From: an uncultured virus (IMG/VR IMGVR_UViG_3300031539_000016)
Taxonomy: Duplodnaviria; Heunggongvirae; Uroviricota; Caudoviricetes
IMG/VR virus record: IMGVR_UViG_3300031539_000016
Length of the DNA stretch: 20,000 nucleotides
Reading direction: 5' to 3' (one strand)
The notes beneath the pieces were generated by a model. It ran no database searches, had not been told where the DNA came from, and worked only from the letters and a program-made list of their open reading frames with translations. Positions 1 to 9,401 of the stretch are shown here, piece after piece. The position numbers were made by a program, and so were the translations under genes. How positions within the stretch are numbered: position 1 is the stretch's first letter; every line of letters begins with the position of its first letter.

Positions 1-291
1 GAGGTAGGCGGTCATTTCACTGTTCCGCTGACAGCTCTTTATAAAGCAATGTTTAATATTACATTATATATTAACACTGCTCAGACTATACATGCTTATT
101 TATATGTTAATACTACTAAAGTAAGTAAAACTACTATTGCAAACACATATGCAAATAATACTCTTAGGCCCATGACGGGAGGTGGAATTCTATCACTAAC
201 AGCGGGTGATAGAGTGTATCTTGCGTTAGAATCTACTGGTGTAAGCGGGTATCAAATGAGAAACGCTAATTTTATTTTATATAGAATATAA
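1..291 (+). CDS. C-terminal end of a C1q/TNF-like domain protein (5'-truncated; probable virion fibre or decoration protein)
   Basis: Frame 1 is open from base 1: EVGGHFTVPLTALYKAMFNITLY...GGGILSLTAGDRVYLAL...NANFILYRI*. GxFTVPxxxxY, LxLxxGDxV and the terminal F-x-x-x-x-I strand match the C1q jelly-roll pattern. The track ATG at 49 is internal. Confidence 0.65.
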   Translation, partial: EVGGHFTVPLTALYKAMFNITLYINTAQTIHAYLYVNTTKVSKTTIANTYANNTLRPMTGGGILSLTAGDRVYLALESTGVSGYQMRNANFILYRI

Positions 292-374
292 ACATATATA
301 ATGAGAATAGTAAATTTTTAGGGAATAAAATATAATACATCTGATTATACAGGTATGAAACAAGGGAATATTAT

Positions 375-1469
375 ATGAAAAGACTTACATATGAATTTAT
401 AAAAGGCCGGTTTGAAAAAGAGGGTTACGAATTGTTGAGTGGAGAGTATGTAAACGCCCATAAAAAGTTGAAATGTAGGTGTAATAAAGGACATGTAAGA
501 TGTATTGCTTATAATGATTTTAAAAGAGGCAATAAGTGTGCTGTTTGTTCGTATGAAGATATGGCATCCAAACGAAGATTAGATTCGAATTATATAATTA
601 ATTCATTCAAAAAAGAGGGGTATGTATTACTACCATTTAATTATAAAAACTGTTCCCAAAAATTATATTATATTTGCCCGCAAAGACACAGACATTGTAT
701 ATCATGGGCTAGTTGGCAGCAAGGTAGTAGATGTCCATATTGTAATGGTAGACCAGTTATTACCATAGATATAGTTAGGAAATCGTTTGAAAAAGAAGGG
801 TATCAATTATTAACTAAAGAATATATAAATAACAAGCAGAAGTTGGAATATATTTGTACTAATGGTCATAAGCATAGTATATATTGGAGTAGTTGGCGAC
901 AAGGCCAAAGATGTCCTTATTGTGCGGGGCTAATTAAGCCGGTAATAGAATTTATTAGGTCAGAATTTGAGAAAGAGGGTTATGTGCTTTTAACTAAAAA
1001 ATATATAAATGCTCATCATACGTTGTTTTATATTTGTTCAGAAGGGCATGAGCATGTTATTAGCTGGAGCGATTGGCAACAAGGTAGAAGATGTCCAACG
1101 TGCGCCATTATAAATAACTCTGGCAAAAACCATTATAACTGGAAAGGCGGTATTTCTTGTGAGCCTTATTGTGATGTTTGGTTAGACAAAGAATTCAAAA
1201 AATCTATTTTAGAACGAGATAATTATCAGTGCCAGAACCCAGATTGCTGGCAAACTAGTAAAAGATTAACTATACACCACATTGATTATAATAAGAAAAA
1301 TTGTAGACCAAAAAATTTAATTACATTGTGCGTTTCTTGTAATGTTAGAGCAAATAAAAACAGAAATTATTGGCGGGGATTTTATAATACTATTTTATAT
1401 AAAAAAGCTATGCTATTTGTACATTCAAAAGAACTGAAGCCCAAAATGAAAGCCAGTAGTGAGGAATAA
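375..1469 (+). CDS. Free-standing HNH endonuclease with four N-terminal ~60-aa zinc-binding repeats
   Basis: Four repeats F(E/K)KEGYxLL...Y.N...L...C...H...I....(W/F)..G..CxxC, with the F at nt 411, 606, 786 and 966. These are followed by HYNWKGG and an HNH core ERDNYQCQNPDC...LTIHHIDYNKKNCRPKNLITLCVSCN. Confidence 0.85.
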   Translation: MKRLTYEFIKGRFEKEGYELLSGEYVNAHKKLKCRCNKGHVRCIAYNDFKRGNKCAVCSYEDMASKRRLDSNYIINSFKKEGYVLLPFNYKNCSQKLYYICPQRHRHCISWASWQQGSRCPYCNGRPVITIDIVRKSFEKEGYQLLTKEYINNKQKLEYICTNGHKHSIYWSSWRQGQRCPYCAGLIKPVIEFIRSEFEKEGYVLLTKKYINAHHTLFYICSEGHEHVISWSDWQQGRRCPTCAIINNSGKNHYNWKGGISCEPYCDVWLDKEFKKSILERDNYQCQNPDCWQTSKRLTIHHIDYNKKNCRPKNLITLCVSCNVRANKNRNYWRGFYNTILYKKAMLFVHSKELKPKMKASSEE

Positions 1470-1472
1470 ATT

Positions 1473-2357
1473 ATGATACAACTAACTATTTATGTGTCCG
1501 ATATTGCTGATGTAATGTCGGTATTTAGTCATATTAGGCTTTATACGTCTAGTTCTGAAACTGGTACTTACGCACATCTAGCTTATGTACCTTTAGTTGC
1601 CGGACAGTCGACCTATACATATATACATGCTACTGGTACATCTGATACATGGTATAAATCTTCATATTGGTCAGTATCCACAGAAAGTAGCTTATCCAGT
1701 GCTGTGCAAGGATCATGTCCTGAACTTTATCATTATCCCACATACCCCACTGAAGTTGAATTTACTAGTTCTGAAAAAGTTATAATAAGAAAAATCAGGC
1801 GGTATATAGGCGATTTTAAAGGGGTGGGTAGATTATATATAAGCGATGCTGATGACGGATGTTCTACAGTTCAAGATGATAACCAGACCGTAGATCTTGA
1901 AAAAACAGGCTGGCCAGTTTATATAGTTTTAAATGATACAGAAAAAACTTCTTTATTTGATCCAATAGTACAAGGATATCAATATTTAACCTTTAGTGGT
2001 ACAATTGGAGATGCAGATTATCCAATTGATATATGGTATTATACTTTCAAATTTTCTGATAGACAAATATATGAGGCATATAGCGACGCTATACTCCCCG
2101 CATTCGTTTCTTCTGATTGTGTAACTACAGCTCATTTGACATTACAAGCTGCTATAGATTTATTAGAAAGTATGACAGCAGAAGATATGGTAGATAATGG
2201 TGCTATGGTTAGAGATGGCTTAACCATGTATGATCCAGAACCAGGATTGAGAGAAAGGGGTAATTTTATAGGGCGTCTTCAAAAGCAACTGGATAGTTTA
2301 ATAAAAGAATGTATAAAAAGTGGTATGCTGGGATTAGGAGGAGTATTAATCGATTAA
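1473..2357 (+). CDS. Putative virion structural protein: Ser/Thr-rich FN3-like N-terminus plus head-tail adaptor-like C-terminus
   Basis: SD GAGG upstream. The N-terminus IRLYTSSSETGTY...YTYIHATGTSDTWYKSSY...ESSLS resembles an FN3 beta-sandwich. The C-terminus IRRYIGD...FSDRQI...LQAAIDLL...hairpin...RLQKQLDSL resembles gp15/gp6-type connectors. Both calls are by pattern only. Confidence 0.45.
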   Translation: MIQLTIYVSDIADVMSVFSHIRLYTSSSETGTYAHLAYVPLVAGQSTYTYIHATGTSDTWYKSSYWSVSTESSLSSAVQGSCPELYHYPTYPTEVEFTSSEKVIIRKIRRYIGDFKGVGRLYISDADDGCSTVQDDNQTVDLEKTGWPVYIVLNDTEKTSLFDPIVQGYQYLTFSGTIGDADYPIDIWYYTFKFSDRQIYEAYSDAILPAFVSSDCVTTAHLTLQAAIDLLESMTAEDMVDNGAMVRDGLTMYDPEPGLRERGNFIGRLQKQLDSLIKECIKSGMLGLGGVLID

Positions 2358-2392
2358 TATATTTAAGGATAAGTAAATGGAAAAGGAAGGGA

Positions 2393-2668
2393 ATGAATAT
2401 GAAAGAAGCCAAAAAGAAAGATCGGCAAAAAAGAATTTTAAAGGAAAGAAATGTAGGACGGGATAAAAAAATGGTAAAGTGTCCATTTTGTTATGATAAT
2501 GATAAAACCTATTTAAATAGAAATAAAATAGTGGAGCACTTAATTGTGACAAAAGACTCAACACAACATTTTCATGTACACGGGCCTATCAGTAATACGG
2601 AATTAATGAAAGATTTTATTTTGATGATAGCTAAGGAGGCCAACATTGAAATTGAAAATGAAGGATAA
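2393..2668 (+). CDS. Small hypothetical protein with basic N-terminus and CxxC/His motif (possible Zn binding)
   Basis: Purine-rich AAGGAAGGG just before ATG 2393 (alternative start 2399). The track start at 2309 overlaps the upstream gene. Contains KCPFC...EH...HFHVH. Confidence 0.6.
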   Translation: MNMKEAKKKDRQKRILKERNVGRDKKMVKCPFCYDNDKTYLNRNKIVEHLIVTKDSTQHFHVHGPISNTELMKDFILMIAKEANIEIENEG

Positions 2669-5063
2669 AACTGAACTTAATAATTGTGTGCCCACCGAGG
2701 GTGCTGTTGAGTCTACTGTAGATGTCAATGTAGATAGTATTAATCAACGTAAAATAGTTTTTAAACACGGTAGAGCCATAGGCGATGCTCTCATGTTCAC
2801 AGCGGGAATAAGGGATTTTAAGTTGTTGTTTCCGTATATTCAGGTGAATGTGGAGAGCAATTTTTTGGCCTTGTGGGACGATAACCCTTTTCTCAGTAGA
2901 GATATAAAAAAAGGTGATCCTGGTGTAGAATTTTATAAAGTAGGCTATCCTATTATTAATAACTGTAATAATTCATACATGCATTTTACAGAAGGATTTT
3001 TATATAACATGATAGCTGTTGCGGACGCTCATGAGAGATTACCTATGAGTATTGGCGAATTTGCCTCAGTTTTTTCTGGCGGCGAAGTTGGTGACTACGA
3101 TTTGGGTAAAGCCGATGGGGATATTGAAGGACCTACAACTTTAAAAGCTTTGCAAAAAAAATATGGTACAAGAAGGCACCAGGGAGGACTTACCCATCTA
3201 CCTAAACATTTACAAGATGTATTTGGTAAACAAGACAAACTTTCATCTATTTTTGGTAGACAGAGAGCTGACATTTATTTAACTGAGAAAGAGAAGTCTT
3301 ACAGTTTAGTAAAGGATTTACATGGAGAATATGTTAAGTATTGGGTGGTAGCTCCTGGCGGAAAATCTGATTGTACATGCAAGATTTGGGATTGGCGAAA
3401 GTTTCAAGATGTTATAGATTATTTTGATGGTATGATTAAATTTGTAATAGTTGGTAAAAGTGATCATATAGTAGAGAAATTGAAAGGCGTTATAGATTTA
3501 ACTGACAAATTTAATGATGATATTCGTGGATTGGTAAGTTTAGTTTACCATTCAGAAGGATGTGTAAGTAGTGTGTCTTTTCTTATGCATTTAGCTGCTG
3601 CTGTGCCTCCTAGATTTAAACAAGAAAGAAAACCTTGTGTAGCTATTTATGGCGGTCGTGAACCAACATCTTTTACTGCTTATTGTAATCATCAAGTGTT
3701 ACATACCAACGGAGCTTTCAGCTGTTGTGATAATGGCGGCTGTTGGCATTCAAGGGTTATTCCTTTACCAACAAATACTAAAAGAAATATGAGATTTTGT
3801 AATAAGCCTATAGAGGTAGAAGGTAGAACTGTACCTGAATGTATGAATTCAATTACCGCGCAAGATGTTATACGGGGTATAGAAAAATATTATGATGGTG
3901 ATGTTTATAAATATATGCACCCCGTTACTACTAAGAAGAAAGCGGTGAGTATTATAGAAATGCCTACTCCAAAAACATCAGATAAAGAGATAAATGTTTT
4001 GGCTTCTTTAAGCTCTAAAGGTGGGGGCGAACAATCTGCTTGTAAGATAGTAGAGTTACTTAGAAAGAATGGCTGGAAAGTTAATTTTCATCCGTGGGAT
4101 AAAGTTCATAAAAATTATTTAGAAGAGAAGTTTGATATAAGTGAATATTCTTTTAAGGGCGAAATGGAAAGCCGCATGGTTACTGGCATTCCTTTATTAT
4201 TTTACGCTAATGATCAAATAGGAGCTTTTTGTAAAGAAGCTGAATCTATAGTTGAAAAGAGCTCAGCTCTTATAGTGGGAATCAACTATATTAACAATGA
4301 ACTTCCTAAATGCCGGTGGCTAGATAAGACTAATAAATTAAAAGCTGTGATATTTCAAAACACAGAAAAGAAAGACGAGTTTGAGAGAGATAGAATAGGA
4401 TTTGAAAACACTAAGCAGATAGTACTTTTTGGTGCTATAGATTTGAATAAGTTTATTGAAGTGTGCCCTAATAAGAGGGAAAAGAAGGATGAGCCTTTAG
4501 TTATTTTGAAACACTGTGTTGGAGATTATAGAAAATATGTTACAGAGGAATCTGTTAGCAAAGGATCTAAGATACATCTTTGGCAGAAGAAATTTTTTAA
4601 GGAAACCGATGTTAAGTTTTATGGCAGAATGCTAAAAGATGTTAAGAACGCACAATTTGAATTTATGGAAGCTCATAAAGAATTAGTAGAAGCTTTTAAA
4701 GATGAACCTCGTATGGTATTTCATAAATGGAATTCTATGGATGTAGGAGAGTTTTTAGCTAGAGGTCATATTTATCTTTATAGAACATCTAATCTTTGGA
4801 GGGATCAGTATCCAAGAGTAGTGGCTGAAGCTTTAACTGCTGGTTTACCTGTACTAAGTGAGCCTAGAGACGGTACTAGAGATAGAATAGTGCATGGTAT
4901 TACTGGATTTTATTGTTGTCATTATGACGAGTTTTTATTGAATGTAAAAACTCTAAATAGAAAAACAGATTTGTGCTATGAAATGGGAAACGCTGCTAAG
5001 CAATGGGCTAAAAAGAATTTAGACCCGGAAAAGTGGATAGGGGTGATTGAAGAAGTTTTATAA
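2646..5063 (+). CDS. Two-domain glycosyltransferase: GT9 (heptosyltransferase-like) plus GT4-like GT-B
   Basis: TTG start 6 nt after AAGGAGG (ATG 2658 is an alternative). The N-half has GT9 hallmarks AIGDALMFTAGIRDFKLLFP...DNPF, VVAPGGK..K.W, VIDLTDK and SFLMHLAAA..KPCVAIYG. The C-half has GGGEQS and RDQYPRVVAEALTAGLPVL...DRIVHGITGF (an EX7E-like motif, here DX7E). Confidence 0.85.
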   Translation: MKLKMKDKTELNNCVPTEGAVESTVDVNVDSINQRKIVFKHGRAIGDALMFTAGIRDFKLLFPYIQVNVESNFLALWDDNPFLSRDIKKGDPGVEFYKVGYPIINNCNNSYMHFTEGFLYNMIAVADAHERLPMSIGEFASVFSGGEVGDYDLGKADGDIEGPTTLKALQKKYGTRRHQGGLTHLPKHLQDVFGKQDKLSSIFGRQRADIYLTEKEKSYSLVKDLHGEYVKYWVVAPGGKSDCTCKIWDWRKFQDVIDYFDGMIKFVIVGKSDHIVEKLKGVIDLTDKFNDDIRGLVSLVYHSEGCVSSVSFLMHLAAAVPPRFKQERKPCVAIYGGREPTSFTAYCNHQVLHTNGAFSCCDNGGCWHSRVIPLPTNTKRNMRFCNKPIEVEGRTVPECMNSITAQDVIRGIEKYYDGDVYKYMHPVTTKKKAVSIIEMPTPKTSDKEINVLASLSSKGGGEQSACKIVELLRKNGWKVNFHPWDKVHKNYLEEKFDISEYSFKGEMESRMVTGIPLLFYANDQIGAFCKEAESIVEKSSALIVGINYINNELPKCRWLDKTNKLKAVIFQNTEKKDEFERDRIGFENTKQIVLFGAIDLNKFIEVCPNKREKKDEPLVILKHCVGDYRKYVTEESVSKGSKIHLWQKKFFKETDVKFYGRMLKDVKNAQFEFMEAHKELVEAFKDEPRMVFHKWNSMDVGEFLARGHIYLYRTSNLWRDQYPRVVAEALTAGLPVLSEPRDGTRDRIVHGITGFYCCHYDEFLLNVKTLNRKTDLCYEMGNAAKQWAKKNLDPEKWIGVIEEVL

Positions 5064-5095
5064 TAATTAAGAGTCTAAGTAATGGAGATAGAACA

Positions 5096-5656
5096 GTGGG
5101 TTTCAGAGATGGTATATTAGTAGAATTAATTAAAGAAGCGCAAGCTGAGTATATAGCTGAGATCGGTGTAGGCAAGGGAAGAACTACTAGATCAATTTTA
5201 AGATCTGAATGTAGTGCTATAGTTAAAGAGTACTGGGCTGTGGATCCTTGGAGCACAGTGTATTCAAGAGATTTTAGGATTAGAGGTACGCAACAGGATG
5301 TTTTTGATAAACGAGCGTGGAATGTGTATAAGTACATGTGTTTTTTTCCACAACTTAAAATAGTTAGAATGCCTTCTGTCGAGGCCGCAAAACTTTTTTT
5401 GAACTATGAAAGACATGTTGAAGGAAAGTATTTTGATATTGTTTTTATAGATGCAGAGCATGATTATGATAATGTGAAAAAAGACATATTGGCATGGCAC
5501 CCTTTAATAAAAGAAGGCGGAATTATATGCGGCCATGATTATGCTTCTAGAGAGAAAGGCGTAATAAAAGCCGTCAATGAGATATACGGTGTGGACAATA
5601 TAGAAGTTATACGCCCGGGGTCTGTTTGGGTTAAAAAGGTGGAAAACAATAGATGA
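5096..5656 (+). CDS. Class I SAM methyltransferase, Methyltransf_24 family (paralog 1 of 5)
   Basis: GTG start after GGAG. Motifs AEIGVGKG, YWAVDPW, YFDIVFIDAEHDY, GGIICGHDY, GVIKAVNE. Confidence 0.85.
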   Translation: MGFRDGILVELIKEAQAEYIAEIGVGKGRTTRSILRSECSAIVKEYWAVDPWSTVYSRDFRIRGTQQDVFDKRAWNVYKYMCFFPQLKIVRMPSVEAAKLFLNYERHVEGKYFDIVFIDAEHDYDNVKKDILAWHPLIKEGGIICGHDYASREKGVIKAVNEIYGVDNIEVIRPGSVWVKKVENNR

Positions 5657-6570
5657 GAATACTTTTGTTAGGCCCCTCATTAATAAAAAAAAGAAATATA
5701 TGCTGGGAGCTTTTTAGAAGGGATCTTGGTAGATTGCATGATGTTATATATTATGGGGACGGGTATGTTGTAGGATATGATTACACGATATCTATACCTG
5801 AAGTGCTTAATAGATACCAAACACCGGACATAATACTATTACATTTACCTTGTGGTTATAAATTTTTATCAGGGTTAGAGAATGTAAAAAACATTCCTAA
5901 AGTTTTGATACTAGGTGATTATTTCCCAGGCTCAGAATATAAATCTGATGAATTTATGAAAAAGTATAAATTTGATATGGTGTTTGGAGATCAAGGTCAA
6001 ATATGTGATAGAGTTAGAAGTAAAAACCTTTGTGCTTCTACAGAATTTTTTCATTATAGTATTGCTATGGATTTTTTCTATGATATGGAATTTCCCAGAG
6101 AATTTGATGTGATGGCAACTTTTGCATCTAGTGGGTATATATATCCAGTAAGGCGTGCAATACGGGAAGCTCTTTATACTGAAAACAGAATAAAATCATT
6201 TATGGGCAAAGTAATTCATAAAGACTATGTTGAGTATATTAATAGATCTAAAATGTTTATTAGTGCTAAGAGAAATGAGTCTAGCAATGTATTATGGAAA
6301 TTTCAAGAAGCCATGTCATGTGGGACTATGTTACTTACTACTATGCCAGATAATTTAGATGAGTACGGGTATGAACCTGATAAACATCTAGTTGTATATG
6401 ATGATGTGTCTGACATGATAGATAAAATATTGTATTATAAAGAAAATGAAGATAAACGAATTAGTATAGCGAATAATGGAATGAAATTTGTTAAGCAGAG
6501 TTATAATAATGAAGTTGTTATTGCCAAAATTACTAAAAAGATTAGTAACTTTTTAAATATAAAGGATTAG
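5653..6570 (+). CDS. GT-B glycosyltransferase, CgeB/Glyco_trans_1_2-like (paralog A)
   Basis: ATGA overlap with the upstream gene. YVEYINRSKMFI...KFQEAMSCGTMLLT...HLVVYDD..DMIDKILYY..NEDKRISIANNG matches the Glyco_trans_1_2 C-terminal pattern. Confidence 0.8.
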   Translation: MRILLLGPSLIKKRNICWELFRRDLGRLHDVIYYGDGYVVGYDYTISIPEVLNRYQTPDIILLHLPCGYKFLSGLENVKNIPKVLILGDYFPGSEYKSDEFMKKYKFDMVFGDQGQICDRVRSKNLCASTEFFHYSIAMDFFYDMEFPREFDVMATFASSGYIYPVRRAIREALYTENRIKSFMGKVIHKDYVEYINRSKMFISAKRNESSNVLWKFQEAMSCGTMLLTTMPDNLDEYGYEPDKHLVVYDDVSDMIDKILYYKENEDKRISIANNGMKFVKQSYNNEVVIAKITKKISNFLNIKD

Positions 6571-6573
6571 ACT

Positions 6574-7134
6574 ATGCGTGATCATGGAAGATGGTTGAAG
6601 AAAGTAATAGAGGATTCGAATGGATCTATAAGTAAAATAGCTGAAATAGGTGTGTTTAAAGGAGATCTTTGTAAGAGTATACTGAGAACATGCCATGATC
6701 TTATATCTGAGTATTGGGCTATAGATCATTGGGATCATATAGAAGATGGGCATAGGCATATGATGGGCGGAAAATGGGTAGAGACAGATTGGGATAGGAC
6801 GTATATGTATGTTTGTAGATTGATGAGGTTTTTTCCAAAATTACACGTTGTTCGTGCTACATCAATAGAAGGATCTAAAGTATTTCCAGATGGGTATTTT
6901 GATCTGGTTTTTATAGATGCTGATCATTGGTATTATAATGCTATAGCTGACATCAAAGCCTGGTATCCATTAGTAAGATCTGGTGGTATAATGAGCGGAC
7001 ATGACTATTTAGATGATGAACCTAGAGGATATGGGGTACAAACAGCTGTTAATGAATTTTTTGCAGGAAAAGAGGTAGAAATAGTAGGCGGCGAATCTAA
7101 AGTTGAAGCTGTGTGGGCACATAATAAAAAATAA
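6574..7134 (+). CDS. Methyltransf_24 SAM methyltransferase (paralog 2 of 5)
   Basis: Motifs AEIGVFKG, EYWAIDHW, YFDLVFIDADHWY, GGIMSGHDY, GVQTAVNEF. Confidence 0.85.
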   Translation: MRDHGRWLKKVIEDSNGSISKIAEIGVFKGDLCKSILRTCHDLISEYWAIDHWDHIEDGHRHMMGGKWVETDWDRTYMYVCRLMRFFPKLHVVRATSIEGSKVFPDGYFDLVFIDADHWYYNAIADIKAWYPLVRSGGIMSGHDYLDDEPRGYGVQTAVNEFFAGKEVEIVGGESKVEAVWAHNKK

Positions 7135-7158
7135 CTTTTAAAAATTAGGAGTTTTTAA

Positions 7159-7716
7159 ATGGCTAGGCGGCAAGATTGGATAATAATTGAACGATTGGGG
7201 GATATTATTTTAAGAAATGTTGATGGGCATATATTTGAGATAGGGGTTGGGTTTTCAACTCCTATCCTTAGTAACCTAGCATCTGATTTTGATAGAAATC
7301 TTTATTGCTTTGAGACTAGTGAAAAAATGTGTAATTTGGCAAAGGCGTTTGGTGCTACGGTGTTTCAAGGAAAGTCCTTGGCTAATATTGAAAAACTTTC
7401 AGAAACTACTATAGCTATGGGTTTAATTGATGGAAGGCATAGAGCTGGTACGGTGAGAGCTGAGATTTCTTTTTTTCTGAAGAGATTATCGACTGGTGGA
7501 GTAATTTTTTTGCATGATACTTATAGTTGTAAATCACCGATTTTAAAATCAGCTAAAAATTTTACAGAAAAAATGATAGGTGATGTTTATAAAATTAGAA
7601 AGGAATTAGAGTCTTTGGATACTATACAAATTTTTACATGGCCATATACAGCTATGAATTGTGGTCTAAGTATGGTAATGAAAATGGATCCAGACAGACC
7701 CTATTATGAAATGTAA
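7159..7716 (+). CDS. Divergent class I SAM methyltransferase (Methyltransf_24-like)
   Basis: SD AGGAG. Motifs IFEIGVGFST, GLIDGRH, LSTGGVIFLHD. Confidence 0.75.
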   Translation: MARRQDWIIIERLGDIILRNVDGHIFEIGVGFSTPILSNLASDFDRNLYCFETSEKMCNLAKAFGATVFQGKSLANIEKLSETTIAMGLIDGRHRAGTVRAEISFFLKRLSTGGVIFLHDTYSCKSPILKSAKNFTEKMIGDVYKIRKELESLDTIQIFTWPYTAMNCGLSMVMKMDPDRPYYEM

Positions 7717-8222
7717 TGAAACTTTGGGTACCTTTAATAAATCTTATAAAAGAAGAGAATTTTAAGAAGGTTGCAGAAATAGGTGTTCATAAAGGTGTAA
7801 CAACTGCACATATATTTGATTCATGTGGCGATGTAATTGAAGAATATTGGGCTATTGATCCTTTTGTTCCTTATGAACAGATGAGAGCCGATTGGGACGA
7901 GTTGTATAAAAATATTTGTTCTGGTATGATTAAGTATCCCAAACTAAAAGCTTTAAGACTCAAATCAGCTGAAGCTGCTGAATTATTTCCAGAACAATAT
8001 TTTGATCTAGTTTTTATAGACGCTGATCATTCTTATGATGCTATTAAAGAAGATATACGTTTGTGGAAGCCTTTAGTTAGAAAAGGCGGTATACTTTCTG
8101 GCCATGACTATAAAGCTGGCGGGAAATTTCCATTTTGGGGGGTTAAAACAGCAGTAGATGAAATATTTGAGCCCGAAGAAATAGAAACTCTTCCTTGTAG
8201 AATTTTTGTAGTGAGGGTATAA
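7716..8222 (+). CDS. Methyltransf_24 SAM methyltransferase (paralog 3 of 5)
   Basis: TAATG stop/start overlap. Motifs AEIGVHKG, EYWAIDPF, YFDLVFIDADHSY, GGILSGHDY, GVKTAVDE. Confidence 0.87.
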   Translation: MKLWVPLINLIKEENFKKVAEIGVHKGVTTAHIFDSCGDVIEEYWAIDPFVPYEQMRADWDELYKNICSGMIKYPKLKALRLKSAEAAELFPEQYFDLVFIDADHSYDAIKEDIRLWKPLVRKGGILSGHDYKAGGKFPFWGVKTAVDEIFEPEEIETLPCRIFVVRV

Positions 8223-8223
8223 G

Positions 8224-8751
8224 ATGAAAGCTGTACGCAAAAATCAGGGTCAAGTATTAATAGATCTTTTGAGGAGCTTAGATAGAAACGATTTAAAAAT
8301 TGCAGAGTTGGGAGTTTGGAAATCTCACACTGTTAAACGGGTTTTGAGATCGTGCGGCGACATTATTTCTCAGTATTGGGCAATTGATTTTTGGCAATTT
8401 ACTAATCATTGGACCTATAGACATATCCCCACCGAAAGATGGCAGCAACTTTATTTTCATGCGTGTAGATTAATGCGTTGGTTTCCGCAGTTAAATGTTG
8501 TGAGAATGTTATCCACTGAAGCGTCTAAACTATTTCCAGAGCAATATTTTGATCTAGTTTTTATAGACGCCAATCATGTTTATGAGTTTGTTTTGAATGA
8601 TATAAAGGATTGGCTTCCATTAATTAAAGATGGTGGATTGTTAACAGGGCATGATTATGGAGGAAAAAAGGTTGGTGTTAAACAAGCAGTTGATGAATGT
8701 TTTGATGATGTTGAGATATATGATGCTGGGGTATGGGTAAAAAAGAAATAG
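8224..8751 (+). CDS. Methyltransf_24 SAM methyltransferase (paralog 4 of 5)
   Basis: Motifs AELGVWKS, QYWAIDFW, YFDLVFIDANHVY, GGLLTGHDY, GVKQAVDE. Confidence 0.87.
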   Translation: MKAVRKNQGQVLIDLLRSLDRNDLKIAELGVWKSHTVKRVLRSCGDIISQYWAIDFWQFTNHWTYRHIPTERWQQLYFHACRLMRWFPQLNVVRMLSTEASKLFPEQYFDLVFIDANHVYEFVLNDIKDWLPLIKDGGLLTGHDYGGKKVGVKQAVDECFDDVEIYDAGVWVKKK

Positions 8752-8765
8752 GGGGATATTTATAG

Positions 8766-9401
8766 ATGGGGTGGACCAAAGAAAGATGGGATGCAGAAAT
8801 TGGTGATGTAAGAAAGTTATATTCAAAAGATCCCTTAGAAATCTATGGCCGTAAATATTATGGCCGTCGAAGAAAGATGAGAGAGTGGGAGATGGCATCC
8901 GGTAAAGCTTTATCTCAAGCCCTTAAACCAGAATCTATAATTGATTTCGGCTGTGGTTTAGGGGCTTATCTTGAAGGGGCACTCCAAGCAAATACAAAAA
9001 GAGTGCTTGGTATAGATATAGGCTACGACATTTCAAAAGAATTTATTCCAGAATATATGCAGGGGTACATAAAGAAGGGGCATGTTGGAAGAAAGATTGA
9101 TTATGGTAAATGGGATTGTGCTCTTTCTATTGAAGTTGCGGAACATTTATTACCAGAGGAGGAAGATATATTTATTGAAAATTTAGTAAATGCTTCTTCT
9201 AGATTAATAGTACTTACAGCAGCATATAGTTTTAGTTATATGCATATTAACGCTGGAAAAACGCCAGAATATTGGGCTAACAAACTTGTTGAAGCTGGTT
9301 GCAGATTATTACCTGAAGAAAAAAAGAAATTACAAGAGGCTTGGATTGGTAAGTGTAGGAAACACATCATTAAAAAAGTTATAGTTGCTGAGGTGCTGTA
9401 G
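8766..9401 (+). CDS. Class I SAM methyltransferase (Methyltransf_23/11-like; same family as 11561-12154)
   Basis: Motifs SIIDFGCGLGAYL, VLGID, WDCALSIEVAEHL...FIENLV...HIN...EYW. Confidence 0.82.
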   Translation: MGWTKERWDAEIGDVRKLYSKDPLEIYGRKYYGRRRKMREWEMASGKALSQALKPESIIDFGCGLGAYLEGALQANTKRVLGIDIGYDISKEFIPEYMQGYIKKGHVGRKIDYGKWDCALSIEVAEHLLPEEEDIFIENLVNASSRLIVLTAAYSFSYMHINAGKTPEYWANKLVEAGCRLLPEEKKKLQEAWIGKCRKHIIKKVIVAEVL

